Virus record (IMG/VR): IMGVR_UViG_3300049002_000003
Location: 1 to 60,656 of that record
Strand: one strand, 5' to 3'
Length of the DNA: 60,656 nt
Origin: a virus
Lineage: Duplodnaviria > Caudoviricetes
Each line of letters starts with the position of its first letter. The first letter of the stretch is position 1. The position numbers and the translations under genes were made by a program. The notes under the pieces are model-generated. The model was not told the DNA's origin. It searched no databases and worked only from the letters and a program-made list of their open reading frames with translations. Positions 37,332 to 45,986 of this stretch are shown here, piece by piece.

Positions 37332-37732
37332 CGCCAAAGTACCTCTAGCTCAAGGCTAGCGAGGAACGATTGGCAATCAGCGCATGGCTCCTTCGAGACA
37401 TACAGCGTTGACTCTACGAAGACCTCACGCGGGTACCGGGTACCCAGCGCCATGGACACCGTGGCGACTTCGGCGTGCACGGCGACGCAGAATCCCTCTC
37501 CCGTGTATGGAGCGGTGCGCGGTAGCTCGGCGTGCGTCTTCCGGCCGCGCGGACAGATCAAGGCGCAGTGATCTGCCGGACCGCTGTTCCAGCCGGTCGC
37601 AATCGTCCGGCCGCGCCATACCAGAACTGCGCCGACACCACTCCTCTGGCAAAAGCTCCGCCCGGCTACGCGCGCAGCTGTCGCGAGGTAGCTGGCGTCA
37701 ACAGCATTCAGGACGCCATGTACTTGAGGCAT
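37328..37732 (-). CDS. dCMP deaminase
   Basis: 'VGAVLV...IATGWN', 'HAE' and 'EPCADC' zinc-deaminase motifs. Start approximate. Confidence 0.88.
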   Translation of the reverse strand: MPQVHGVLNAVDASYLATAARVAGRSFCQRSGVGAVLVWRGRTIATGWNSGPADHCALICPRGRKTHAELPRTAPYTGEGFCVAVHAEVATVSMALGTRYPREVFVESTLYVSKEPCADCQSFLASLELEVLWR

Positions 37733-38301
37733 AGGAAGTCCTTTGCATAGTCGGCTCGCGTCTGTAGGCCGCGCAAGACGGCGGCCGGATGATATAGCGG
37801 GACAACCGGCGGTAGCCGACTTGGGACAGGCTTGCCGGTTCGGATGTCGCGCCGCATGATCATGAAAGGCCGACCGTGGATAGCCGAGACGCTCTGGCCA
37901 TCCCAACCGAGCCCTATGAGAGCGCAGCGGCCGAGTGTCGCGACGACATCTGGGCGGAGGATGCTGATCTCGCGCCGGACGTACAACCGCGCAGCAGATA
38001 GCTCGACTGCGCTCGGCGTGCGGTTGTTCGGCGGCCGGTACTTTATGGCATTGGTGATCCAGCAGTCTCCGCGCGGCAGGCCGATCCCGCGCAGCATAGC
38101 GTCCAGTAGCTGTCCCGAGTCGCCTACAAACGGTTCGCCGCGCCATTCCTCTTGCGCGCCAGGAGCCTCACCGAGGAACAGCACGCGCGGGAACCAACGC
38201 GCTCCGGCTCCCGGCACGAGCTTCGTTCGCTCCCTAAGCCTGCTGAAGGCTGGATCGGCCGCGTAGTCCGTGTGAAGCCGTTCCAGTGGGTCTACGGCCA
38301 T
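37708..38301 (-). CDS. Uracil-DNA glycosylase, family 4-like
   Basis: 'GEAPGAQE...GEPFVG.SG.LL', 'TNAIKYRPPNNRTP' and 'YHPAAVLR' motifs. Confidence 0.92.
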   Translation of the reverse strand: MAVDPLERLHTDYAADPAFSRLRERTKLVPGAGARWFPRVLFLGEAPGAQEEWRGEPFVGDSGQLLDAMLRGIGLPRGDCWITNAIKYRPPNNRTPSAVELSAARLYVRREISILRPDVVATLGRCALIGLGWDGQSVSAIHGRPFMIMRRDIRTGKPVPSRLPPVVPLYHPAAVLRGLQTRADYAKDFLCLKYMAS

Positions 38302-38302
38302 C

Positions 38303-39076
38303 CTAGGCACCATGCCCGCGCACCAGGCGCGGCTTCCGCCGGACGTACGACTGGACCTCATGGACATCGCGGGGTGCCGCGTCGTCATTGTTGGCGATCC
38401 GAGCGAGCGCGCGCTGGACCTCGACTGGCAGATCGTCCCATCCGTCCGTCGCCTTCCCGTTGGACTCTCCGCTCTCGTGCTTGTGCCCGAGGAATGTCCC
38501 AACTCTGCCCATGACATCTGCTCCATACCGATTGTTGAGGTACGCGCGCAGAGTACTTGCGTCAGCGCCAACCGGCGGGAAGGCAGAATTGCGATTTGAG
38601 CCCTGCTCGACGTCGTACAGCGCCAGCATGAGGAAGAGATGCCCGATCAAGTCCATGATGACCTGTCGGGTCGATTCGGCCCCATCAGCTTCCGGCTCGC
38701 CATTCCAGACCACGGACTTGATAGCGCCGACCTTCCTGTTGACATCAGGAAACGTGCCCTTGGCGCCGAGATGCTGAACGTCGCGGTACTTGGCATTCTT
38801 CTTGAGGAACAGCGCGAGCCATTCCGGCAACAGGTCATCCGCGATGTAGTGCGCCTCTACCGTCAGAATCGGCGGCAAGTCATGGTACGTGAGCGCCGTT
38901 CCGTTGGCTTCTGCGGCCTGCTGGCCGTACCACTCGGGCCGGAGTATCCGCAGCACGCGCTCGATTGCGCCGTCTTCGACGCTCGCGTAGTGCGAGCCGA
39001 CCGACAGCGCGTCAGCTAACGCTTGCTGCAGCATTCGCAGGGCTGCCGCGTCCTGCTCGTCCATTTGCACGGTCAT
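38303..39076 (-). CDS. DUF1599/Nmad1-like all-alpha nucleotide-modification-associated protein
   Basis: 'LFLKKNAKY...LG.KG.F.DV.RK...ES.RQVIMDLIGHLFL' pattern; ATGA overlap with the upstream gene. Confidence 0.6.
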   Translation of the reverse strand: MTVQMDEQDAAALRMLQQALADALSVGSHYASVEDGAIERVLRILRPEWYGQQAAEANGTALTYHDLPPILTVEAHYIADDLLPEWLALFLKKNAKYRDVQHLGAKGTFPDVNRKVGAIKSVVWNGEPEADGAESTRQVIMDLIGHLFLMLALYDVEQGSNRNSAFPPVGADASTLRAYLNNRYGADVMGRVGTFLGHKHESGESNGKATDGWDDLPVEVQRALARIANNDDAAPRDVHEVQSYVRRKPRLVRGHGA

Positions 39077-39678
39077 CTCTCGCACCTCTCCGCCTTCCAC
39101 TTGTCGAACAGCGTGCCGGCTTGCTCCATGCTCCAGACTCGTACTGCGCCGTCATAGTGCTGGTTGTATGGCTGATCCCGAATGGCGACGTATGGGCCAA
39201 ACAGCGGCATAGCTCGGTCGCACAACTCCGGCAGATCATCCAACACCATCACTACGTCAACAGGGTCTACCAGCTTGCTCAGCTGGCGATACTTGTCGTG
39301 CCCGAACAGCACGCCATCATACTGAATGCCGTTCCGCCGCAGCCAATGCCGAGTGTCTGGGTCGATGTTGTCGAGCCGGAGGTATGGCCTAGTCGTACAG
39401 ATCCAGACCTGTGCCCCTCCTCTCCTGATCTTGCGCGACAACTCGGCTGCGCCTTCGTATACCGGCATGGAGCGCTTCAAGCCGCCCTGTCGATACGCCA
39501 GCTTGCATTGCCGATACGTCGTGTTGGACATGCCGAGATGCTTCCAGAATGGCTGTCCTGGGTTGATGTCGGCAGGGTTGGGTAGCTCGCGGCCAGTCCA
39601 CTCCTGTGCGAACCGCGTGAAGTGACCGTGGTAGTCGCCCAGCGTCCCATCAATGTCGAGCGCGACAACCGGCTTCAC
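39073..39678 (-). CDS. HAD-family 5'(3')-nucleotidase
   Basis: 'ALDIDGTLGD', 'CTTRP', 'LDDLPE' and 'DQPYN' motifs. Confidence 0.85.
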   Translation of the reverse strand: MKPVVALDIDGTLGDYHGHFTRFAQEWTGRELPNPADINPGQPFWKHLGMSNTTYRQCKLAYRQGGLKRSMPVYEGAAELSRKIRRGGAQVWICTTRPYLRLDNIDPDTRHWLRRNGIQYDGVLFGHDKYRQLSKLVDPVDVVMVLDDLPELCDRAMPLFGPYVAIRDQPYNQHYDGAVRVWSMEQAGTLFDKWKAERCER

Positions 39679-39866
39679 TTTGCGCAGTTCTTCTCGGCTT
39701 GGTCAAACTTCTCCATCACCATGTCGAGCGACGTGCCATCGAAGACAGCCCAGCCGCCGTCGCTCTCTGGCGCGAAGATTGCTTGGTTGAACTCCTTGCG
39801 ACGTCGGTCTTTTGTCGGGCCGTCCTCAGTCAGTAGCCGCAGAAACTCATCGCGCAGGCTTGTCAT
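39675..39866 (-). CDS. Hypothetical protein
   Basis: Coupled start and stop in the operon. Confidence 0.6.
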   Translation of the reverse strand: MTSLRDEFLRLLTEDGPTKDRRRKEFNQAIFAPESDGGWAVFDGTSLDMVMEKFDQAEKNCAK

Positions 39867-40261
39867 CTGTCCTCCAGCAGGTAACAGAGATCCAGGAACA
39901 GCCCGGACAACTCCTGGCGTCTCTGCTTCGGAATGCGCTCGACGTACCGGATGGCTGCTTCTTCATCGCCATTCTCTAGCTCTACCGCTGCCTGCATCGC
40001 GTCGCCTATTGCTGCCGCAGGTGCAACAGACAGCATGGTAGCGAGCGCGCGCTGAAGAATCTCGGCCTTCTCTTCGTCGGCGCAGTAGCCGACGACATGC
40101 GTTCGACTGCCCTCCATGAGAGCGATTGCGGGCGACTTCCGCATGGGGTAGCGGCCGACCCACAGCCCGTGCTCTGGCATATCGGACCGCTCGAATAGCA
40201 GGGAGCGGAATGGCCGGTTGTTCGTCCCAATGCCTGTCTTCTGCGGCTCAGGCTTCGTCAT
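39863..40261 (-). CDS. Hypothetical protein
   Basis: Coupled stop in the operon. Confidence 0.6.
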   Translation of the reverse strand: MTKPEPQKTGIGTNNRPFRSLLFERSDMPEHGLWVGRYPMRKSPAIALMEGSRTHVVGYCADEEKAEILQRALATMLSVAPAAAIGDAMQAAVELENGDEEAAIRYVERIPKQRRQELSGLFLDLCYLLEDR

Positions 40262-40382
40262 GCTCTCGCTCGCAATCGCATTTGATGTGCGACGGCTTGT
40301 TGCGCTCCACGAACTTGACCGAGACCTCCCATATGGCGACGATGATGAGTAGCAGCAGGATGAACTCCTGAGTGCCGCTCAT
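40248..40382 (-). CDS. Small membrane protein (44 aa)
   Basis: Hand translation MSGTQEFILLLLIIVAIWEVSVKFVERNK... fills the gap. Confidence 0.5.
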   Translation of the reverse strand: MSGTQEFILLLLIIVAIWEVSVKFVERNKPSHIKCDCEREHDEA

Positions 40383-40384
40383 GA

Positions 40385-40600
40385 CTAGACCGAGCCGGCC
40401 GCGAGCGTCATCGGCTCATAGCCGCAGCGGACGCGGAGCACGTACGGCGAGACGCCAAGCCCTTCAGGCAGGCTGTCTGCGCGGTGCCGGCCCTTGGGTG
40501 CGGCGTCCGTTTTGGCGACAGCACGGGTCCAGTACTGCGCCGCTTCGCCGACGAACAGGAAGCCGAACACGCCGATTGCCAGCCACATGACGTAGATCAT
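40385..40600 (-). CDS. Small membrane protein
   Basis: N-terminal TM helix; ATGA overlap. Confidence 0.55.
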   Translation of the reverse strand: MIYVMWLAIGVFGFLFVGEAAQYWTRAVAKTDAAPKGRHRADSLPEGLGVSPYVLRVRCGYEPMTLAAGSV

Positions 40601-41460
40601 GCCATCTCCTTGAGTCGGTCGTACACCTTGTTGAACGCCGAATGCACTAGCTGCATCTTATCCCAGGCTCCATACCTGCCGATACGTATCCAGCGCTCAG
40701 AGATATGGCAGTCGCAGTTCGTCCGTACCGGCTTCATGACTTGCGCGGCCGCAATTGGTACCTGTCCGATCGTGCCGGGCCATTCGACAGTTGAGTGCCC
40801 GAATACGTTGGAGAGCCGGTACCAGGACGGTTCGCTCTCGCCATTACACATGACAGTCGCGTCCGGGCACTGCCTGTACGGAATCCGGATGCCGAGTTCG
40901 GGCGCGTCCCCAGCGGCCCAAATCGAGCGCGCCTGGAACCAATGCACCATATACTGGTCCGCGCCGCCCATCCGTTCCATGCAAAGCTCGTTGGCGGGGA
41001 TGGTCGAGATGACGAAGTCGAAGCCGGCTTTGAGGCCGGCAGCGCTGAGTTGAGTAATGTGCCCAACCTTGATCAGGTCTTCGTACATGCCCCAGAGGTT
41101 CCGGTACGTCTGCCGGATGTCCCATGCGTCATGCTCGGCCTCCAAGTCCTCAGGAGACACCGTGCCGTCATAGCTCCCGCTGTAGACCTTCGACCGGTAC
41201 TCAACGCTGGTGCCCTGTAGCCGGTAGGCCACATGGATCGATGAGTTCGGAGAGACTTCTGGGATGGGAGCGTGGAGGTACTGCGCGCCATACAGCTTGG
41301 ACGGCCAGCCACTCGATATGACTGTGATGCTCTCGCGCTTGTAGCCCGCCAATACAGCGGCATGAACAGCAGCGAGCCCTGCTGGGCCGGAGCCCAGGAC
41401 CGCTATTTGCATAGGTCCGGGCGCACGGACTACTTCGACTACCACTCCACTACTCCTCAT
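40597..41460 (-). CDS. FAD-dependent oxidoreductase (UDP-galactopyranose mutase/PPO-like fold)
   Basis: 'IAVLGSGPAGL', 'GAQYLH', 'ISTIP' and 'IGRYGAW' motifs. The start may be 41412. Confidence 0.75.
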   Translation of the reverse strand: MRSSGVVVEVVRAPGPMQIAVLGSGPAGLAAVHAAVLAGYKRESITVISSGWPSKLYGAQYLHAPIPEVSPNSSIHVAYRLQGTSVEYRSKVYSGSYDGTVSPEDLEAEHDAWDIRQTYRNLWGMYEDLIKVGHITQLSAAGLKAGFDFVISTIPANELCMERMGGADQYMVHWFQARSIWAAGDAPELGIRIPYRQCPDATVMCNGESEPSWYRLSNVFGHSTVEWPGTIGQVPIAAAQVMKPVRTNCDCHISERWIRIGRYGAWDKMQLVHSAFNKVYDRLKEMA

Positions 41461-41635
41461 GGGTATGGTCGTGCTGTCCAGGAACGGCTATCGCATGACA
41501 GCGCTCATGGAATGCACGGAGCGCGCCATACATACCGGCAGCGGCTACGTGCTCGTGATGTCGGAATGGCTTACTGGCGCCCAAGTCGCCTAGGTGACGA
41601 GCGTTGAGATGCCGGTTGAAGGTCTCGTCAGACAT
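41450..41635 (-). CDS. Small His-rich hypothetical protein
   Basis: ATG 41635 with a GGGAGAG RBS; 'HLNARH...FHERCH...HDHTH' motif. Confidence 0.55.
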   Translation of the reverse strand: MSDETFNRHLNARHLGDLGASKPFRHHEHVAAAGMYGALRAFHERCHAIAVPGQHDHTHEE

Positions 41636-41826
41636 CTCTCCCGCCAAGACAACTGCCACGGGTACAGCGTCCCGACCAGAGTCCAGTGGTTCTCGGTCGG
41701 CCGGCTTTCGTCCCACTCCCACACGCTCCCGCAGTTGGCGCATTTGGCTGTGACCTCTGTGTTTGACGGGAACGTGTAGACCCGATTGTCGCACTCCGGA
41801 CAGTCAATGTTCAGCGGCCATGTCAT
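41590..41826 (-). CDS. Zinc-ribbon protein
   Basis: CPEC...CANC; ATGA overlap. Confidence 0.55.
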   Translation of the reverse strand: MTWPLNIDCPECDNRVYTFPSNTEVTAKCANCGSVWEWDESRPTENHWTLVGTLYPWQLSWRERCLTRPSTGISTLVT

Positions 41827-42092
41827 TGCTCCCGCCCTTCATCGAACCATGGGCTGGTCGCGCCATACATGATCTCGACAGCGCCGAGCCGGATAGCCTG
41901 CTGTCGTTTGCCCTCCGTGACGTCGTAATGCCAGAGGCCGCGCGGCTTGTCTTGGAACCACTTGCGCTGGAGTTGGAGCCGCGCCGCGAATGCATGTAGC
42001 TCGGCCTTGGTGTCAGCAGTCAGGTGCGACCACTTCGCCGTGTATCGGCCGACTGTCGCTGCCATCTGCATATCGTCGACATAGACGGTCAT
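41823..42092 (-). CDS. DUF4031-family protein
   Basis: 'MTVYVDD...WSHLTADT..ELHAFAARL...WFQ...HYD' motif. Confidence 0.85.
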   Translation of the reverse strand: MTVYVDDMQMAATVGRYTAKWSHLTADTKAELHAFAARLQLQRKWFQDKPRGLWHYDVTEGKRQQAIRLGAVEIMYGATSPWFDEGREQ

Positions 42093-42280
42093 AGCACAGA
42101 GCCGCCGTCTAGTCGAACCGAGTTGACTTCTATCAACGACTTGTCTTCAAACTCGACTCGCACGCAGCCTTCCTCTTCTTCCGGGTAGAGCCACATGTAG
42201 CACTGACCCAGGTCAAGCCGAGCGAACCGAGGAACGTCACCGCTCTCAACTGTTGCGTGTTCGTACACGACTCGTGTCAC
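42089..42280 (-). CDS. Hypothetical protein
   Basis: Coupled start and stop. Confidence 0.55.
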   Translation of the reverse strand: MTRVVYEHATVESGDVPRFARLDLGQCYMWLYPEEEEGCVRVEFEDKSLIEVNSVRLDGGSVL

Positions 42281-42495
42281 AGCGCATGATCCCCTCTCTT
42301 GACGATCTCGTCAGCGAACTTGACTCCGGCCTCGATGAATGGCACGAACGGCTGTGCGTATGGCTCCTGCCAATACGGCTCTAGCTCGCCCACTGCCTGG
42401 AGAAGTTTGACAGCCGATTGCGTCAGGGGATCGGCGCCGCCACGCAACAGCAAAATGGCTTCCTTGATCTTGGTGTGCCGGATGAATGTCGTCAT
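42277..42495 (-). CDS. Hypothetical protein
   Basis: Coupled start and stop. Confidence 0.55.
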   Translation of the reverse strand: MTTFIRHTKIKEAILLLRGGADPLTQSAVKLLQAVGELEPYWQEPYAQPFVPFIEAGVKFADEIVKRGDHAL

Positions 42496-45368
42496 AGTCC
42501 TTGATCCTCCAGTTCCTTGAGTAGCTCGATTAGAGCCGGCTCGGCCACGATGTAACCCCGGTCGCCTGTCAACCGGCGAATCATCCTCCAGTCAATCAGC
42601 TGATGTACCAAAGTCCTGGGGTCGAGATCCTCACCTAGGCTGCCGAACTCCTCGAAGTCCCGTAGCCGGAACTTGTCTGTCCCCACCACGCGTAGCGCAT
42701 CTAGGACCCCACGACGGGACGCTAGCCAGCGCTTGACGCGCCGCTTGTTGGCCTGGGATTCTGCGCGGTGTGAGAGCGTGCGGCGGGAGTGCCTGGCATA
42801 GCCCATAACCTCCGTGCCATATACCGCATCTAGGAAGGCGACAGCAGATGAGACGTGCTCGGGCTGTACCAGGAGAAGGTTACCGGCGGTATTCGTTGAG
42901 AAGGTCCGAGCCGCGAACGCAACCGCCAGTCGGGCCAGCTTGAGCCGGATGTTCTCGACCTGAACTAGCGGTGGCGTCGAGACGTACCGCGCGCCGACGT
43001 CTTCTGCCGCGCGGATAATGCGGGATTCCGCGTCCCTAACCCAGCGCACTTGGTCTGGCCGACGACTCCAAGCCCACAGCACAAGCTGGGTGCATAGCTC
43101 GCTGCTGTACTTCGGCGTACCCAACTTCGCGCCGGAGTTGATGAGAGAGCTAGGCACATCCGAATTGGAGAGCGCTAGCGCGAAGTCGAACCGCGCAACG
43201 TCCTCAGGATTCTTGACGAGCCGCTGGATGGCGTCCATGCCATTCGTCTCGGCCATGCGCTTGCCGTCCGGGTCATTCGACAGCCAAAACAGCCGAGTGC
43301 GAGCGCTAGTCTGCTCCTGGACGATCTTCGTCAACTGCGCTATTCCAGAGGAACGAATAGAACTCATTTGCTCGATGATATCTTTGTCTTTGATACCACT
43401 CAGTTCGTCCAGCACTACTAGCCGACGGTCGTGCAATGGAATAGTGCCCCAGGTGATCATCCAGCCCCGTCCCTGCGGCATCTGCGTGGCTCCGCCGACA
43501 AGCCCTGCAAAAGTGGCCCCTTCGCACGACTTGATCAAGCCAGAGTTGTAATGCCGGGCTAGGGCTTCCGCTGCCTCGCTCTTCCCAGTCCGGGTATCTC
43601 CAATTGCTATCGCTTCCAGCCATCCCTTGACTACCCGCTTCCCGCCGAAGTCGTAGTACTGGACTGAATGCCATACCAAGTCGTATGCGACGTGTAGCAG
43701 GTCTCGGCCCTTGATGCCGGTGACGTTGTCCGCCATGTCGCGGGCTATCTCAATTGACTTAGCAAGTGACGTCTGGCCGCGCGCCCGTTGGAATACCGAG
43801 AGTGAGTCGCGGAGCTTCGGCGTCATCTTGAACTTGTCAATGTCGACGTCTACCGGCTCGACATGCCAACCGTGGAAGATGCCACGGCTGTCGCGTGGGT
43901 CGGCTAGCTGTCGGCCGACCAGCCGGACGGTTGAGTTGACTGGCGTGGAGTAAGTGCCGACCGAGAACACCTTGCGGTTCATCGGCTGCTGCGCCTCTTC
44001 GGTCCGATGCCCGACCGACTGAACCACGACTAGCTCTTCAAGCGACCATTCACCAATAATGTCGAAGGTGATGTGATCGTCACAGAGCGCTCCGGCTAGG
44101 TCGACCAGCACCCGTTTCTTGTACTGGTCGTTGGCGCCGACAAACCGGAGTAGCTGTGAGTCGTCTTGGGCGGGAGTCAACTCGCGCTTGCCCTCGTATC
44201 GGAACATCGGGCATACCTTGCAGCGCTCACCCTTCTTCCGGTCGCATTCGGCTATCGCGAGCTTCGGCGCGAGATAGGGAGGCGATTGCTTGCCTGCGAT
44301 AGCCACGACTAGCTCTAGCGGCTCGCCATTGCTGTCTGGGTTCTGCGACTCGACTAGCGAGACCGGTTTGCCCTTGGTCGGGACGTCATGCGTCTGCTCC
44401 TTGACAGAGAACGGCTCGGCTTCCTCGCAAAGCTCGCGTAGATGCCCCGACGTCTTCTTGAGCGAGACGTACCAATCTGTCAAGTCGCCGGACTTGATGC
44501 CAGTCTTGAGGTGAACGATGTAGACAGCTGCGGCGAAATCCTCCAGGATGCGCGCGGTCCGAATGGCGCCGGTCGTGCCGGCCGCATCGTCATCTGGGAT
44601 GATGTAGACGTTCTTGCCGGCGAACTCGGCCGCCCATTCGCCTTGGAAGCCGCCAACTCCAGCGGTATGCGTGACGGTCGGAATCCCGTTCTGCGAGTTG
44701 ATTATGCAGTCCGGCTCGCCTTCACAAAGAATGATGTCTTCTGCTGTGTCGAGCGCTGCCGCGTTGAACAGCGTCGTCTCATACTTGTCGTCGCCACCAT
44801 CGTCCGGCGTCCAGAAGATCATCTTCGGCACGGGACGCTTTGCGGTCGGCCGGTAGAGCTTCACTGCCAAGAGCGTGGATCCATCGCGACCAAACACTGG
44901 AATGGTGTAGCGCTTCGCGGTTGAGGAGAGGCCGATCTGGAACCGCTTGATGGTCTCCAGCGTCCAGCCTCTCCGATCCCGCAGAACTCGCATGGAGTTA
45001 GGCGACGCCAATAGAGTCGCATGCCAATTGGCGAGATTCTGCGGAGTAGGAAGCCGGGCGGCAGGGGCAACTCGCTTGCGCGACTTCATGTCGATCACGG
45101 CCGCGCCTGCCTCTTCTTGGCCAGGGCCATTCTTGATCAAGTGCCGAATGAGAGCCGGTATCTTGCCGCCGCGCTCACACTTGAAGCAATTCCAAACGCC
45201 CGACCGAAAGTTGAATGACGCGCTCGGACTGTTCGATGAGCCTGGGTTCTCGCAATGCGGGCAGTATGCGCGCCATTCGCCGGACCTGCTTGGGCTACCG
45301 GTGAGGAATGGGCCGATGAGCCGTCGCTCGTCTTCGTCCAGGTATGCCTGGCCGTTACGAGTTGCCAC
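42492..45368 (-). CDS. Primase-helicase: zinc finger + TOPRIM + MCM-like AAA+ helicase
   Basis: 'CPHC...CFKC', TOPRIM 'CEGEPD' and 'PDDDAAG', Walker A 'GDTRTGKSE', Walker B 'VVLDE', 'RFD' arginine finger; GTG 45368 with a GGAG RBS. Confidence 0.85.
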   Translation of the reverse strand: MATRNGQAYLDEDERRLIGPFLTGSPSRSGEWRAYCPHCENPGSSNSPSASFNFRSGVWNCFKCERGGKIPALIRHLIKNGPGQEEAGAAVIDMKSRKRVAPAARLPTPQNLANWHATLLASPNSMRVLRDRRGWTLETIKRFQIGLSSTAKRYTIPVFGRDGSTLLAVKLYRPTAKRPVPKMIFWTPDDGGDDKYETTLFNAAALDTAEDIILCEGEPDCIINSQNGIPTVTHTAGVGGFQGEWAAEFAGKNVYIIPDDDAAGTTGAIRTARILEDFAAAVYIVHLKTGIKSGDLTDWYVSLKKTSGHLRELCEEAEPFSVKEQTHDVPTKGKPVSLVESQNPDSNGEPLELVVAIAGKQSPPYLAPKLAIAECDRKKGERCKVCPMFRYEGKRELTPAQDDSQLLRFVGANDQYKKRVLVDLAGALCDDHITFDIIGEWSLEELVVVQSVGHRTEEAQQPMNRKVFSVGTYSTPVNSTVRLVGRQLADPRDSRGIFHGWHVEPVDVDIDKFKMTPKLRDSLSVFQRARGQTSLAKSIEIARDMADNVTGIKGRDLLHVAYDLVWHSVQYYDFGGKRVVKGWLEAIAIGDTRTGKSEAAEALARHYNSGLIKSCEGATFAGLVGGATQMPQGRGWMITWGTIPLHDRRLVVLDELSGIKDKDIIEQMSSIRSSGIAQLTKIVQEQTSARTRLFWLSNDPDGKRMAETNGMDAIQRLVKNPEDVARFDFALALSNSDVPSSLINSGAKLGTPKYSSELCTQLVLWAWSRRPDQVRWVRDAESRIIRAAEDVGARYVSTPPLVQVENIRLKLARLAVAFAARTFSTNTAGNLLLVQPEHVSSAVAFLDAVYGTEVMGYARHSRRTLSHRAESQANKRRVKRWLASRRGVLDALRVVGTDKFRLRDFEEFGSLGEDLDPRTLVHQLIDWRMIRRLTGDRGYIVAEPALIELLKELEDQGL

Positions 45369-45636
45369 GGACCCACTCCACGAGCACATTCTGGAAGCTC
45401 ATAGCTCGGCCTTTCCCATATCTGAATCCGGTGCAAGGCTCCGCATCTTCGCGCAGGCACTTGACCGAGCCAGTAGTGAAGTTGAATAGCGCACTTGCTG
45501 TTCCAGTTGCCTCCTTGTCATGCAGGGGACAGCGGCCAATCCACCATCCTGCATCGTCATAGCCGCAGTCCTCTATCACGTACTTCCACCAAAGCTCCGC
45601 TTGCTGCTCTGACGGATAGGGCCATTCAGTCTGCAT
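45355..45636 (-). CDS. Stand-alone primase-type zinc-finger protein
   Basis: 'GWWIGRCPLHD...ASALFNF..G..KC' resembles the N-terminus of the adjacent primase-helicase. Confidence 0.65.
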   Translation of the reverse strand: MQTEWPYPSEQQAELWWKYVIEDCGYDDAGWWIGRCPLHDKEATGTASALFNFTTGSVKCLREDAEPCTGFRYGKGRAMSFQNVLVEWVRGNS

Positions 45637-45723
45637 TAGTGGCTCCCTCGACCGAGGAAGGACGACTTTACCGAGCTATTCAACTTGCAATTCCTCGCGC
45701 GTACGGGCGAAGCTCCCAAACTC

Positions 45724-45830
45724 TCGCGCGCTCCCGCGAATGAATTGATGTCTCCTACGCGCGTAGGAAGCCTGGGGGTCGCGCCCGTACACGAGACCAT
45801 GACGCGGCGCGGCGAGCGCGCCCGTACGCG
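45724..45830. repeat. Palindromic element copy 2 (related to 26289-26397)
   Basis: The same two boxes with identical 13-nt spacing, in the non-coding gap upstream of the primase genes. Confidence 0.8.
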
Positions 45831-45917
45831 AGAGCCTTGCAACATTCTCGCCTTCCGGTCGTCCGAGACCTAGCCGGTAGCAGTGTCGCTATGCGGCCTA
45901 GATTGGCCGTAGAGACA

Positions 45918-45962
45918 CTGCGGCGCCCGGATCGGTACGGATCGACCTTCCGGGCGCCGCAG
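45918..45962 (-). terminator. Stem-loop after the SSB-like gene
   Basis: CTGCGGCGCCCGGA / TCCGGGCGCCGCAG perfect 14-bp stem. Confidence 0.7.
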
Positions 45963-45986
45963 CGCTACAGGGACGCTCTCAGCGTG

